A stretch of DNA of 64,000 nucleotides from Octopus vulgaris. Its lineage: Eukaryota. How positions within the stretch are numbered: the first letter of the stretch is position 1; every line of letters starts with the position of its first letter. Under the pieces are notes generated by a model, which was not told where the DNA came from, ran no database searches, and saw only the letters and a list, made by a program, of their open reading frames with translations. The stretch covers positions 202,678,001 through 202,742,000 of the forward strand of contig OX597815.1 of assembly GCA_951406725.2 (NCBI GenBank), in the 5' to 3' direction. Positions 1-14,303 of this stretch are shown here, piece after piece. Both the position numbers and the translations under genes were made by a program.

Positions 1-23
1 TCTCTCACTCAATAATAATAATG

Positions 24-81
<58 letters not shown>

Positions 82-99
82 TGATAATAATAACAATAA
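1..99 (+). repeat. (AAT)n microsatellite preceded by the last 10 nt of a Dong/R4-type LINE tail
   Basis: Bases 1-10 TCTCTCACTC are identical to 2552-2561, the 3' end of the LINE below, and both are followed by (AAT)n. Confidence 0.85.
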
Positions 100-2561
100 A
101 AGGAAGCGGGTAGAACCTCCCCATGTCCTGATTAATGATACATCTAGTGATGGTGTCACAATACAAACACTGGTCATTACGCAACCTGATAATCCCTACC
201 TCATATGAGCGACAATGAAAAATCAGAATATTGTGAATAACGGTGGTAATGAAACTGAAGCCTTTGATGGTGACAATGTTGCACCCGGCAGGCTCAGAGA
301 TTCTGGTCCGGCTCCAGCCTATCGATATCCAGAAAGGGACCACTACACACGGTGTAGATGGAGAAAGCGAATTAAGGATGAGGTCATGGAGTGTTACTAC
401 CCGAGCAACACTGTAGATGAAAATGGTGCTCAAATTAGGGATTACCGACAACATATGTATGATCATTGCTGAGAAAAGGGATTGTTTCAACTCACGGAAC
501 AGGGATTATGTGATCAAGCTAGAGTAATAAGAAAAAAACTGTTGGTTCACAGCAGTAGAACTCGAAGCTATCAAAAGACGGGTCATGGACAATAGCAGCA
601 TAGATAAGAATGAAAATACAGCTCTTACTAATAAATGTAATCTCATAGCACAGGAAAGGAGCAGTGGTAGCTTATTTGATGAGAGACCGATAGATGATCT
701 GAAAGAAGACAATAAAACTAATGGTGACATGACAGATGAACAAAAAGCAATCTACGACGAATAAAGGTAGGACTACAGGAGAACGATAGCGACATTATTT
801 GCAACATTTAAAAGGTTAATCGGTGGAAAGTGAACCAAGAAGCGAAAAATGTCAATGAAATTCTGAAATACATCAAAGAAACAAATAATTTGATCAAGTC
901 AGCATGTATTGTTTTAGCAGAAGACGTGGGTGTTGATGTCAATAAAAAGAACTATAATGGGAGTGACAAAAGAAAAGATCCATGGTGGAAAGTAAAATAC
1001 AGGCGGGGTTAGATATACTCTCGAAGGATATTTCTGTGTTAGACAGAAATGGGAAAGCGGAGCTTAAAAGCGAACAAAAATAAAGGTTACTGAAAAGTAA
1101 ATACAATATTGAAAGAAAGAGCCTGAATGTGGTAATAGAGGAGCTGAAACAGCGCCTCGTTGCAGAGAAAGCAAAGATGGCAAGATAATGAAGGGTTGCC
1201 AGCAGAATAGGTTATTCAGAGTAGATCAGAAGAAATTATATAAAGAAATAAATGGCGAGTGAACAGATAAAAAGTTGATACCAGATAACATTGAAAGTCA
1301 AATGTTTTGGACTGACATCTGGAGCAAAGACAAGGAGAACAAGAATGATGCTGAATGGTTGCAATATCTGAAAATAACAGTAATCTGTCCAAAGCAGGCA
1401 GAAGTAGTCATTTCAGTTAGGGAAGTGAAGGGAATCAGAACAAATATGAGCAACTGGAAGGCCCCGGGACCAGATGGAGTTCAAGGCTAGTAAATCAAAA
1501 GTTTTGGTGAATATCATGCACGAATAGCTGCGCATCTCAACACCTTGTTAAATACCGATCAAATAACACTAGAGTGGATGACGTTGAGTAGGACAGCGCT
1601 GTTATTGAAGAAAACATCGTAAAAGACAATACGGTAGACAATTACAGGCCGATATCCTTATGTGAAAATTATTGTCTGGAATACTCGCAGAGTTAATGTA
1701 CGAATATCTGGAAAAAATGGAGTCTTGCCACATGAGCAGAAGGGTTGCAAGCGTAAGTCCAGAGGTACCAAGGATCAACTCCTGTTAGACAAAACTGTGC
1801 TCAGAAACTGCAAGAGGAGGAGAAGTAACTTAGCCATGTCATGGATCGACTATCGGAAGGTATACGATATGATCCCACATTCTTGGATTATGGAATGCAT
1901 GAACCTATTTGGTATTGCATCGAATGTTGAGCGACTGCTTGGAAAAAGTATGGTGAATTGGAGGACAAACGTGACAGCATACGGAAGAAGGTTAGGGACA
2001 GTAGAAATTAGGAGAGGCATCTTACAAGAGGACTACCTGTCCCCAATGATCTTTCTACTGTGTTTGATACCACTAACACTGATTCTCAGGAAAGCAAAAA
2101 CGGGTATGTATTCAAAAGCCGCCAACAAAAAGTCAACCATTTGTTATTCATGGATGACCTCAAACTTTATGTTAAAGATGAATCCCAAGTCAGTTCCCTC
2201 GTTGATACGGTGTATACTTTCAGTGCTGATATCAGAATGGAGTTCGAACTGAGAAAGTATAATGTGTTAGTGTTGAAGAGAGGCAAAGCCAAATGTATGG
2301 ACAGGCTAGCGATACCGTCGGTAGAGATTATGAAGCAGATAGAAGAGACGGACTATAAGTACTTGGGGATTCTGGAAATGGATAAGTTGATAGAGAAAGA
2401 AATGACAGAAACAATTAAGGTATAGTACTTGCGCAGACTGAGACTGATCCTTTAGTCAAAATTAAGTGTACCTTTATCAGACGGGTAGTCATGATGGGTA
2501 TATTGGGCTTCGTATATTTTACTCCAGTGTCACTTTGATGGCATGCACTGCTCTCTCACTC
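100..2561 (+). mobile_element. Decayed Dong/R4-clade non-LTR retrotransposon (RT pseudogene, endonuclease region deleted)
   Basis: Frameshifted ORFs give [67 protein letters not shown] and YKYLGI, typical of R4/Dong RTs. The sequence jumps from the RT thumb (~2468) to the 3' UTR and is flanked by (AAT)n on both sides. Confidence 0.85.
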
Positions 2562-4029
2562 AATAATAATAATAATAATAATAAGCATCTGTAATCTTCA
2601 TTTTATTTTAAAGAAGGCTTACGTTTGTAGTTTTTCCATTGTGGCCCCTCAGGTAGCGCTGACACTGTGTGACCTTAGAAAAGTATCTATTGCTCTTGTT
2701 TCTTGTATTACTCTATACCACCTTAAAACAGTAGGTCCCGGTGAAGTTTCTGAAATTCTGAAGATATTGATTCCGCCTTTGATCTGAAAACTGCTGATAA
2801 CAAAAAAATTGCTGAAAATCAAACTGCTTAATTGAGCCCAAACTTCAATATCCGAGCGGATTAATTAACTTTTGACTACTTTCAATACAAATGATGACGG
2901 GTAGCTTTTAACTTAGTTATGCTTCAAACACATTGATCAGTGGTTCGAAAAATGACTTTATAACATCACCATCAACTTTCCAGATATACTAAAATGATTA
3001 TGCTCATCCTCTTTTTTATGACGCTTAACATCCATCCTTAGAGGTGATCTCTTCCTTCTTTCGAATCACTGATTTAAATACATCGGAAATATGACGGTTA
3101 GATAACTAAATATGTACTCGAATAAGTAGACAAACATCTAGGTAATTTGCTGCTTCTTTAATTACATTGACTAGCAGAAAGCAATTACAACAGTGAGCAG
3201 ATAAATACATGAATGAATAGATAGTTATCAGGACAGATAAATATATAGACATACACAGAGACACACTCAGTGACTAGTAACAAGATATTAATGCCTTCGT
3301 ACTGTTTGTATTATGACCCACATCGATCCTCCTAAAGTAATTTATCAAAATGCGCTACTTCCATTAATAATTTGTAGTCTCTCTGGCGCAAAACAGAGAG
3401 GAAATGTTTATCTAGATTCATAGAAACCAACATGAAAAAGTTAACAAATTAACCACTTTTCTCATTAAGTTATATTATTGATATCAATATATCAATACAT
3501 CAATATCCATATTAGATTCTTCATTGAGTTCTTGATATTGATTCAATTAAAAGCATTACAATTCACTATTCCGTCTGTTGCCACGAGATCAATTAATAAA
3601 GTTAATCAGAAGCGTCAATGCTGCTAAATGAATTCTTCCTTATGTCACACTGTATTTTCTGATAAAATAACGTAATGTCTATATGTAGACATATTTTAAT
3701 AGAAAACGAAGTTTTTGTGACCTCAGGATTTCTTTGTATATATGATTTTCACGTATGTTTTTTATATGACACATTTTGAATATTTGTATTGTTTACAAGC
3801 TTCCAACGAGACGATCACTGGTTCTCTGCAATATCAACTCTCAAAAGTAAAAAAATAAGAAGGGAGAAGACAGAAATATATCGAAATTGATTCAGGGTAT
3901 ACAAGATTATTTTCAGTTTGCACGCCAGTACTTATATCCTGTGGTCATATACACAGACAAAATATCTGCACACACATACTTACATAGACACACACACATG
4001 ACGCACATACATGCACACATACATATATG

Positions 4030-4080
<51 letters not shown>

Positions 4081-4110
4081 GAGAAATATTTTAGTGGAAG
4101 AACATTCTGT

Positions 4111-4273
4111 CTGACGAGAGTTTAATATGTCCTATGTTCGACGAGAGGTTACTATGTCCTTTTATAAAAGAAACACCATTTTATAATAGTAAAAAACAAA
4201 TAACATAATATATTATCTCCTTATTAGATGCCAGAGAATGGACACAGCACAGCTGGATGTGATATTAACAGAT
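4111..4273 (+). repeat. Dispersed ~135-160 bp repeat, copy 1 (copy 2 at 5035-5170)
   Basis: GACGAGA..TTACTATGT..TTATAAAAGAAACAC..TTTTATAATAGTAAAAA..TTATTAGATGCCAGAGAATGG..CAGCTGGATGTGATATT is shared by both copies. Confidence 0.85.
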
Positions 4274-4294
4274 ATATATATATATATATTCTTT

Positions 4295-4474
4295 ATTTTC
4301 TCTCTTTCTTTTCTCTCTTTATTTTCTCTCCTTGTTTCTTTCTGTGTTCCTTTCTGTGGAAGAGCATAGGCTGGAAACGTTGAAGACATTTTCACTTCCC
4401 GAGCTTTAAACTAATACATCTGTTTGTTGTGTACACCACCTGTCTTCGTCTTTTGATTTTTTTGTGAATTCTTC

Positions 4475-4478
<4 letters not shown>
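4295..4478 (+). mobile_element. Penelope-like terminal repeat fragment with degenerate minimal hammerhead-like motif
   Basis: Homologous to 31094-31265 (+) and 51340-51480 (-). Contains CTGTGGAAGAGCATAGGCTGGAAACGTT and ends on (TA)n. Confidence 0.55.
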
Positions 4479-4518
<40 letters not shown>

Positions 4519-4769
4519 GAGAAAAGGAAGAAAATGGAGAAATTATCATGCAGATAATTATATGGACACTCAGATCCATATAATGAAATTCCAGTCCTAC
4601 AGCTTTTTCCATACCTAATTAGTTCAGTCACAGAAATTAGATTTAATTAATTAACGTAAATTAATTTACTTTAAATTTTCATATTGAAACTAGTAAATTG
4701 GATATTTCATCATGGAAGATTTTCCTTGACACATTTATATCTATATGTATATATATGTGTATATGTATA

Positions 4770-4845
<76 letters not shown>

Positions 4846-5034
4846 AAGATGTGCATCTGCGATGGATGTATAATACATAATTTTGTTAACCAGATTTCTG
4901 AACTAAGGTATTAGTAAACTTCATATCCGGACTCGCATCCATTGCTTTGATGTCATATCATGTAATCAGATATAGGTGCAATAAACTGGAGCTCTAAATC
5001 TGTGCTAATTCTTCGCGCACCCAAATTCTGCTTG

Positions 5035-5170
5035 ACGAGATCTTACTATGTTCAATTATAAAAGAAACACTATTTTATAATAGTAAAAACAAATACTATT
5101 ATATCATATTATCTCATTATTAGATGCCAGAGAATGGGCACACTTCAGCTGGATGTGATATTCATAGATA
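5035..5170 (+). repeat. Dispersed repeat, copy 2 of 4111-4273
   Basis: Direct alignment by eye. Confidence 0.85.
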
Positions 5171-5596
5171 ACATTCGTCTATTAGGCATAGTTCTATTAG
5201 TTAGTATGTATATACTTATATATTCGTTGCAATGATATTAAGGTAAATGACTGTATAAACTGAGAGATAAATGCCATAACGCAGTCTCAATATTGACTTA
5301 TGAACAGCCAATAGTTCGGTTTGCTAGCTGACAACATATTGACTAGAATATTACGAAATATATTGATGCTTTTCTCTCTCCTTTCCTTATGTTACAAATG
5401 TTCGTCTGAAAAATCTTCTTGACAAATATAACAAGCCTGACTTAAAGCAAAGAAATTCAATAGAAGTTCAATTCTGATTCTATAAATATTTTCCCTTTAA
5501 ACGGTTATATTTTACTACAGTTAATCACTATTTCTTACATACAATCATTCACACATATGCACATAGGCATACATATGTATGCATATGTATGTGTGC

Positions 5597-5643
<47 letters not shown>

Positions 5644-6029
5644 CAATTTCTCATTTCTTTTTTCAACACTCACAAAACCCATTCATAATCTTTCTATGAC
5701 CTTAACCTGTCTTTTTCTCACTCACTCCATCATATCCTGTGACTAATAAATAATACTTTTCTTTGAAAAGGCAAAGTTCGCTTCACATATGACCTTCAAA
5801 AGTTCGTTATCAACAGCGCTGAACTATTACAGATGTTGGCTCCAGGTTAGCAGCTAGAGGCTATGCGCGTAGCACTTTGTACTTTCTCTGTTTTGAATTG
5901 CGAATGGGAAATAAAACGAAAAATTTTCGTTACGTATTATACATCATTGTACATTTACATAATTGATGTATATGTCTGCATAGAAGCGTATATTTCTGCA
6001 TGTATCGATAGATTGGTGTACGATATAGT

Positions 6030-6039
6030 TGTATGTATG

Positions 6040-6073
<34 letters not shown>

Positions 6074-6205
6074 TGTATGTATGTATGTATTATGTATGTA
6101 TGTATGTATGTATGTATGTATGTATGTATGTATGTATGTATGTATGTATGTATGTACGTACGTATGTACTTATGGGTGGGTGGATGGATAGATGGATGGA
6201 TGAAC
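6030..6205. repeat. (TATG)n/(TGGA)n microsatellite
   Basis: Seen directly. Confidence 0.95.
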
Positions 6206-6534
6206 AGATACATTGATAGCTGGGTGAGTAGACCGGTGGATGAAAGAAGGGAGATAGTTAGCTAGAGATGTCTAAAGTATTTACTGGTATTACATCTTAA
6301 TTCTATAGCATTCCAAAGAATTCAATAAGAATTATCGCAATATTATGCAAGAAGTGCTGAGACACGCTTAGATAAGAACGAAAAACATAAAGCAAGAAAA
6401 ATCGTGATAAATTTGGGGATAAGTTTTCGGTCATTAATAACCGACACTTTGTGGGCCAAGTGGCACTAAACTAAGCCGAAATAAATTTATTCTCGTGGTT
6501 TTGATTTGAATAATAGTGACAATTATCTTTACAG

Positions 6535-6590
6535 AAAGTCTAGAAGCTAAGAAGGAAAACAAAAGGAAATATGCCACATTGCTCGAAAAC
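6535..6590 (+). CDS. Candidate 56-nt host coding exon (xSLEAKKENKRKYATLLEN)
   Basis: Acceptor TGACAATTATCTTTACAG| and donor AAC|GTAAGT with one open frame. No homology recognised. Confidence 0.3.
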
Positions 6591-7182
6591 GTAAGTTCGC
6601 ATTCTGAAGAATTTCTTCCAATGACAAGGACGTCTGTTAATAAATTATTCCCTGAATCTGTATCAGACATGTAATCATAAACCTTAAGAATAGAGTTCGG
6701 TCATTGTCTGAAGTTTCAGAGTAGAAAAAAAAAAGTGTGGAAATACAATAGACGAAAATATCAATCATATACAATGATTATATTTCAGAAACATTTCCCA
6801 ATTTAACTATCCGTATACCTATCCTTTAAAATGACGTTATTGCTATCTTTCTAAATATCAATTTACCGATCTAACTATTGAAATGTTCACATATCCAAAG
6901 ATTTTCTTACCATTTATCTACCTGTCTATGAAGCCAGTTATCTATTTATATATCGATATCACTAACTTCTAATCAAATTACGTATATTCATCCATCATTT
7001 TTCCTTTCGTACCGCTGGACATCTATCTGCATATGTATCAATTTATTTCACTGCGCTTAAACTTAGTAACACAAAAGGATATAATTCCTTTTTTCTCTCT
7101 ATATATGTATATGAACAGACACACACAAGCACACACAAACACACCACACACACACACACACACCGTATATATATTATGTATG

Positions 7183-7221
<39 letters not shown>

Positions 7222-7829
7222 ATGTATGTATGTATATTCACCGATAGTGCTCAATAAATAATTAGTTATTACTTGGGGCTATAACCAACGTGTATGTGAA
7301 ATACAATATTTGAAAGCATAAAACTTGCATACGGCCAATCTTTCAGTCTAAGCAGGAAGGAGTTGAATTTGTTGAAATAATGCAGTATGGGAAATAAAGG
7401 ATGCACCTTCCGTAGAATGCTAATTGTTGCGGAGCAAATTGTGTGTTAGTGAATATCGAGTGGATATATTGCGAAGGAAACAATGAGCATGTAATACAGT
7501 ACGAAATAACTGTGTATAGTAATACGTACATACATACATACATACATGCATACATACATACATACATACATACATACATACATACATACATACATACATA
7601 CATACATACATACGTATTTGGGTTCTACCGAAAGTAATACAGGACTCAGCATAACATTTTACTGAGTGGCGTACGCCGTTCAAATTCCGAACGTTGGTTT
7701 ATTAACTTCTCCTCAATAGTAACTCCCTTTCCTGTTATTTTTCGTGGTGGGCAAATAAGAGATTCCTAGCTGGAGCATTATACCGTCATTAACATCTTGA
7801 CTAAATAACGGGATGTTCGCTATTTACGA

Positions 7830-8200
7830 ATATGACACACTTGAAGAACAATATGCAGAGATGGATCGAAATGAACAAAGAAGAGGGAATCTAGTACTAT
7901 AGACCACCGAAGTATCAGGAGACTTGCAACAGCGACCACTGACACGAATCATCAACGAGAAGTCGACTTTATTGGTGAGGGCAGACAAGTCACAATCCAT
8001 GAATTTGTGGCATAATTGGACGGTACATTACAAGCCATTACAAAACTTGGTGGAAAACTTTGGGCGTTGAATTGTGTGTGAAACATGGAAACCCCGGCAG
8101 CTAACATGGGATTTGAAGGAAAAATGGATGAATGTCTGTTCTGACCTAGTAGAAAATTATGAAGCAAATGAGAACACGTTTATTACGATATGAATACAAA
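7830..8200 (+). pseudogene. Decayed mariner transposase N-terminal (HTH) fragment
   Basis: Frameshifted peptide SGRLATATTDTNHQREVD..GEGRQVTIHEFVA*LD..ITKLGGKLWA resembles the mariner RSGRP..DRRITI..LG..K..ARWVP segment. Confidence 0.5.
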
Positions 8201-8726
8201 GCATGAAACATAGGTATATCATCGTGATCCGGGGAAAATGATACAGCCACATCTCAAAAATTTGCATATATCTGTTACAACCCAGGCCTAATGTACACTC
8301 ACACACACACACACACGCACTCACACACACATACACTCACATACATACACTCACACACACGCACACTCACATATACACTCATACACATATATAGGTGTGT
8401 GTGTGTGTTTGTGATTTGTGTAGTGTCTGTGTCTGAATAAAGAGAGAGAGAGGGAGAGAGAAAGAGACAGACAGACAGATATAGGTTACATGTATATAGC
8501 TGTGTGTGTGTTTGTGTAATTATGCGTGTTTTGATCCATTGAAATCTTAATGACAAAGACAACTACATCCTCCCAGTCTCGACAAAAACAGGCTAGATTT
8601 GCATGTTTGAATTCTAAAATATTTCAGAAGTCGTAATTATGTATTGACTAATGATTGCCTGTCAGTTCGCCACTTTAGTTGTCTGAATATCATAACATTT
8701 TGAGATTACTAATTCGACAATAGTAT

Positions 8727-8750
8727 CACACAAGTACACACACACATACA

Positions 8751-8783
<33 letters not shown>

Positions 8784-8920
8784 GCATACACACATACACA
8801 CACATGCACACACACATACATATTCATATACATATATATGTGTGTATATATATATATATATCTATGTATGTATATATCTAATATATCTATATATACATAT
8901 ACATATATATATACATATAC

Positions 8921-8982
<62 letters not shown>

Positions 8983-8990
8983 TATATATA
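8727..8990. repeat. Compound (CA)/(TACA)/(TA)n microsatellite
   Basis: Seen directly. Confidence 0.95.
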
Positions 8991-9105
8991 AAAAAACAAG
9001 AACGTGAAATGCACAAAGAGACGAACACAAAAAACGGACGGGTCATTCGAAGCCTTTAATCTTCAGTCAGAAACCGGATCATCATAGCAAATTTCGGCTG
9101 ATCAT
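8991..9105 (-). mobile_element. Short interspersed repeat abutting (TA)n (probable Penelope-like terminus), related to 30890-31055
   Basis: Shares GGACGGGTCATTCGAAG..TCAGTCA..ATTTCGGCTGAT with 30890-31055. Both abut (TA)n. Confidence 0.5.
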
Positions 9106-10468
9106 TCAACTACGGTAGTAATTTAATAATATTCTTAAGGCCGCAATTTACTCAGACGTAGCATCATTTAGAGCTTATCGCTCATTCAGTTCTTAAACAA
9201 ATTGAAAACATTGTTAACATTTTTGTTGAGGACTGGTCCCTATCTACATTTTGACATAAAAAAGTTGAAATTTCGTCCAGTAGAAAAAAAGTTTACATCA
9301 AAATATATATCAACGTTTTAGGAGAGTAAGTAACGCCAACAATCAAATTTAGATCTAAATAACTATTTTTTTTATTTTAAAAGCAAAATATATTTATCTT
9401 AGCTTCAACGGTAGCAGAAAGCATGAAGAATTTCATAGTTTTGGCCCCATGCAACAAAACTTTGTATAAAAAAAAATAGTGAGGTAAAAAATAACGAAAA
9501 AATATCTAAGTCAAAGAAATGGATTTAAGTATAATTAACTTTTATCTTTTAAAAACAAACTATATTTTAATTAAGCTTAAATGATAGATCTCAATTTGTG
9601 GAATTTCATGGTATCAATCTCATGCAATGAAATTTTCAAAGGAAAAAGTTATGTTTGTTTCTCAAATTTGAGGATTATAATATAATTATATACTTTTTTT
9701 TATGAATATGATTCTATAAGGGACTTTTAATGTATGTCAACGGTATCATTGGGGTGAGGAAAAATTTATAAACGACACCGCTAATTGACGCATTTGACAC
9801 ATCTGTTTATACTATAATGGAGAAAGCGGCTTATTAATTAGGTATGTAATAATTACTAAAAGTACAAAAAGAAAGCAATTATTAAAGGTTGACCGTCTGG
9901 AAATTTCCTATAATTTCGATTTCTAAAGTTTATTGAATTTTTGTAACTCCAATTTCTCGCATATTTGAATATTCATTGCATTCACTGCGGAGTATTCCAT
10001 TTTTATTTGCAAAGTCTCACTTTCTTTTTTAATGTCTTCATTTCAAGTTTTAATTCTGGAAAACCGACAGTTTATTCTAATAATGTATTCGTAATGTAAA
10101 AACATTGTTTATTGAATGAAAACATTTTAAAAATACCCGTATATTTTTGGTACAGTGTGAAAGGGATTTGTATAAATTTTCCTTAAAAGATACCCATTTT
10201 CCAGAAAGTTATGAGAGAGAAAATTCAGGTCATGTGAATTTTCCAAAATTCCTCTCCCCCACCCCATCGGAAAAATTCATTTCCATAAATCCCTATATAC
10301 TCTGAAGTCACAACATTTAAGCGGTACTTGTAGAAAATTTTGTTTAAAAGTATCCATTATTCTGGATGTTATAAGGCAACACAATCGGGGGCGTATACAT
10401 CAGTGCTAATACCCTTTTATTTATACGATTTTTTCTTTCATGTTTATTTCATTCATTGTTTGCAATTT

Positions 10469-10507
<39 letters not shown>

Positions 10508-10890
10508 TACACACACACACTACAATAACTACAATAATATCTATGTTGCTTTGAGGGGAAGGTAAAACTTGAAAAATTGCTTCTACCTCTGTTGTTGGAC
10601 TACCTTGATCTTTGTTTAAAAGGGAGAGAATATGACTGTGATAAAATAATGAAAGTAATATTTACTAAGCAAGTGAGCACTATTATACAAAGAAATATTT
10701 AGGTATAACATATAAAATTTATTAGAATTGAGAATCAAATGTAAAAATATTACGAAGGGGATAGCAGAAAACCGCCCGGAGGTAGGTCTTTCTGTTAGTT
10801 ATTAATTAGCATAATAGCATATCCTAGAAAAAATATGGATTATATGAAAAAATGCGAGCAAGAGAAATAATATTCTTAAGATTATAAAAC

Positions 10891-10967
10891 TGGAAAAGTA
10901 CAGGACAAGTTATTACACTTGGAAAACTTCAGGACAAGTTATTACATCTGGTAAAGTACAGAACAAG
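10891..10967 (+). repeat. ~29-bp minisatellite, about 2.5 copies
   Basis: TGGAAAAGTACAGGACAAGTTATTACACT / TGGAAAACTTCAGGACAAGTTATTACATC / TGGTAAAGTACAGAACAAG. Confidence 0.85.
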
Positions 10968-12897
10968 AAAAGTTTTACTTAAAAGTCTGCAGCCAAGAAT
11001 AACATTTGATTATTAAAAATCATTTTAATTTGCGAAATAACATTTATAATTTTAAAAAAAGGTACTATCACACTAGAATACTTGAAATATGAAAGTCAGA
11101 AGTACCAATATAGCTAAAGTTTTAATCGAAGAATAATAGTGTATATGGTAGGCAAATTCATTATGTAAAAAACTGGCATTGGGACAAGGCTAAAAATGTG
11201 AAGAATTGGCAATAATTTAAACAATAGCTCAAGCAAATTTTACTGTGAATTTGTTGTTATAGGTAGATTTTACTGTAATATATAACTAATTATTATTGTA
11301 TCATTTTGTTTATTGTACTAATTATGTACTAATATAATTTTTTATAATCTATTTTTCAAATTTCTCATTATTAATTAAAAATTAAAAAATAAATTCTTTT
11401 AAAGTGCAAAAAATATTTAAAGTTATTTTTATTTTCAATAGAATTAACAAGTAATAACAAATAGAAGTAATAACTTGTAAAAAATTATAGCTGTTATAAA
11501 AGCTAATATTTTCTAAATCTAAATATTTTATTTGAAATTTTATCCTTCGCTGCAATATTGATGAAGGTGTAGTTTACATTAGAAAGTTTCCGTTGCCACA
11601 TAACGGCACGAGATTCGAGAGATGTCATATTCGGGCAGTACAGGCAATGGATGGTCTTCACAGGAAGAAAATGGAGCATAAGATAACTGTTAAAATAGTA
11701 GATAAGAGTCTGGAAGTGGAAAAAGTCATAGTGCAGTGTAAAACAGTGGTTAGCGACAAAGGATAAGAGGCAAAAGGATGTCCGGCAAAAGTAATCAAAG
11801 CAGGCGAGATGTCAAAAATCAAACAATGCTTACACGAAAATCGTACTATTAAGTATCCGGGTTACAAAGAAAATACATAAGGGGCGTATACGACAAAGGA
11901 TAGCAGTGATAATGGAACCTGCAAGATTTGTGTATTCTATGAGTGGCATGCAGTTTGCCTCATTTTTATTCCAATCTTTAATATAGGAGCCGGAGTAGCA
12001 TTGCTGGTTTCCGTTAACGCGGGGACTATATTTCGATAGGGTTTATTTTCACACGTATATGATCCCTTGCAGACTACGGTTGAGGTAAAACGCCAAGCCA
12101 TGCGCATAATTGCTGACCAACTAAGCGAGCAATACAACAACGTGTATGTGCAGGGAATCAACCACAATTGCAACCTCTTGCTTTTCACAAGGTCGGAAGA
12201 ATTGATAAAATAGACGTCTAAATAAAGGAAATCTGAGATCCAGATTAAAGCCTGCTAATTATTACAAGGTGCAGGTGAGGTAGCTATGAAATAAGTTGTA
12301 GGTTTCTAAGCCAAATTACAAAAACGAAACAACTCCCGTGACACTGAGCATGACAAACCTCATTGTTTAGTTAAAGCGCTGTAGGGAAGACAACAAATGA
12401 AAGGAGTAGATAACATTATAAAAGACTTAGGGTATATGAGAATGAACGGTGACCTTAGTTGAGGCGGGATGCTGCGGATTGATACAAGCTTGCATCATAT
12501 AAAGAATATTAGCGAAAACGTGGTTCAAGAAAAAGCTTCACAACAAATGTGAAAGATCTTTGCGAGAGAAAAAAAAAATTCAAATTTGATTTTGAAGAAT
12601 AAATTCACAATGAGCAGTAAGAAGATTCAGGTGGTGCGTAGCTAAAATGGTTACGCTCCTATCCAATTTGGTGCGCTAGATGCTTGAATATTGGATGCGT
12701 GAACAAAAAGAAACCGGAGATTCCCTCTTTTTGTGTCAACGGTTTTTAGCATCGCTGCAGGTTACTAAGTTGCCTTCATCACCTGTCTCTGGTCGACACC
12801 TGATGAAAGGAAGATCACAGAGAACAATTTCTATGTGTGAGTGTGTGTTTATATTTGCATTTACATACATTCATGTATGTGTGTGTGTGTATGTATG

Positions 12898-12974
<77 letters not shown>

Positions 12975-13627
12975 ACATATACATTCATAAATATACATTA
13001 TCACATATCTGTATGCACACAGATATACATAAATTATACATTATATATGTGTATGTATATGTGCACTTGTGTGTGTGCGTGTACATGCATGTAGCTAAAA
13101 CCTCCGTTATCAAGGAATCTTAATTAATTTTGTTGTTTCCGTTGTTGTTTTTCTGTTATTATCGTTGTTGTTTTGTACTGTCAATGTCTTCTGGCTACAT
13201 ATAAGTATAGTGAGTTTTTGCATCAAACTATATATTACCAATAACTATATTCATTGTAGTTCATAAAAAATACACATTATCTATGCCTATATATTAATTT
13301 TCTTTCATTTCCTTTTTAATCGACACCTGTATGATTGAATTGTAATATAGTCACACTACTAGTACATCTGTATCTTGCAAAGTGGTAACATTACTTCAGC
13401 TGTAAAGTATCTTGTTTACTTTTTTCTTTTTCCCTTGATTAACGAGTCTACCCTCAGGATACAATTTAGACAGCGAAATGTCGAATGAGTGCGATTCTCT
13501 TGAAGTTGTTTTTGTTTGATTTTGTTGCCTCAATCATACATTTATATTAACTAAATATTCGCGATTACACCTATTGTGTTTCTGTTTCTTTATATTTCTT
13601 ATGTTTATGAGTGTTTTATGTTTATGG

Positions 13628-13641
13628 TGATGATGATGATA

Positions 13642-13697
<56 letters not shown>
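13628..13697. repeat. (GAT)n microsatellite
   Basis: Seen directly. Confidence 0.95.
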
Positions 13698-13700
<3 letters not shown>

Positions 13701-13843
13701 ATATTTTGTTTGTTTCACGTCTTTTTCTCCTACATTTAGTGTTTGTTTAATGAATTTACCCGGAAGTCCTGTGTGACACAGATAAATATTATATTGACGA
13801 ATACTCCAGGAAAAATAAGTTGCTGTTATTAACCCTTCCCTAG

Positions 13844-13876
13844 CCATTCTTGATGAAGCAGTCTTCGAATATCCAA
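13844..13876 (+). CDS. Candidate 33-nt frame-preserving microexon (xILDEAVFEYPx)
   Basis: TTATTAAC branch-like site, CCTTCCCTAG| acceptor, AA|GTAAGT donor, length divisible by 3 and open frame. Confidence 0.4.
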
Positions 13877-13889
13877 GTAAGTTTATATA

Positions 13890-13995
13890 AACTGCTACGT
13901 AGGCAAAAGGGTTCTTCTTCCGGTGGTGAAAGCACCAACCCCGCACGCGCGAAATACAAATGGACGGTGCGCAGGCGCGCGCCGTTGTATAGGAT

Positions 13996-14041
<46 letters not shown>

Positions 14042-14261
14042 TTACATATACATATATATATGTACTCACATACACATATACATATTCATGTACATAAGTG
14101 TGGTAGTGTGGTAAGAAGCTTGCTTACCAACCTCATGGTTACGGGTTCAATCTCACTGCGTAGCATTTTGGGAGGTGCCTTCTGCTATAGCCTCGTGCCA
14201 ACCAATACCTTGTTAGTGGATTTGGGAGACGGAAACTGAAAGAAACCCGTCGTGTATATAT

Positions 14262-14303
<42 letters not shown>

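Noticed and set aside
9315-9331. 4-nt microexon AG|GAGA|GTAAGT that would bridge the candidate exon phases
   Set aside because: Too short to distinguish from chance, and it lies in repeat-like AT-rich sequence.
11600-12650. Possible LTR gag/protease remnant (CKICVFYEWHAVC, FNIGAGVALL)
   Set aside because: Zinc-knuckle spacing is wrong, the catalytic DTG is absent and there are many stops; too weak to call.
12800-12830. CTGATGA words here and at 38451
   Set aside because: No matching GAAA or stems at hammerhead spacing.
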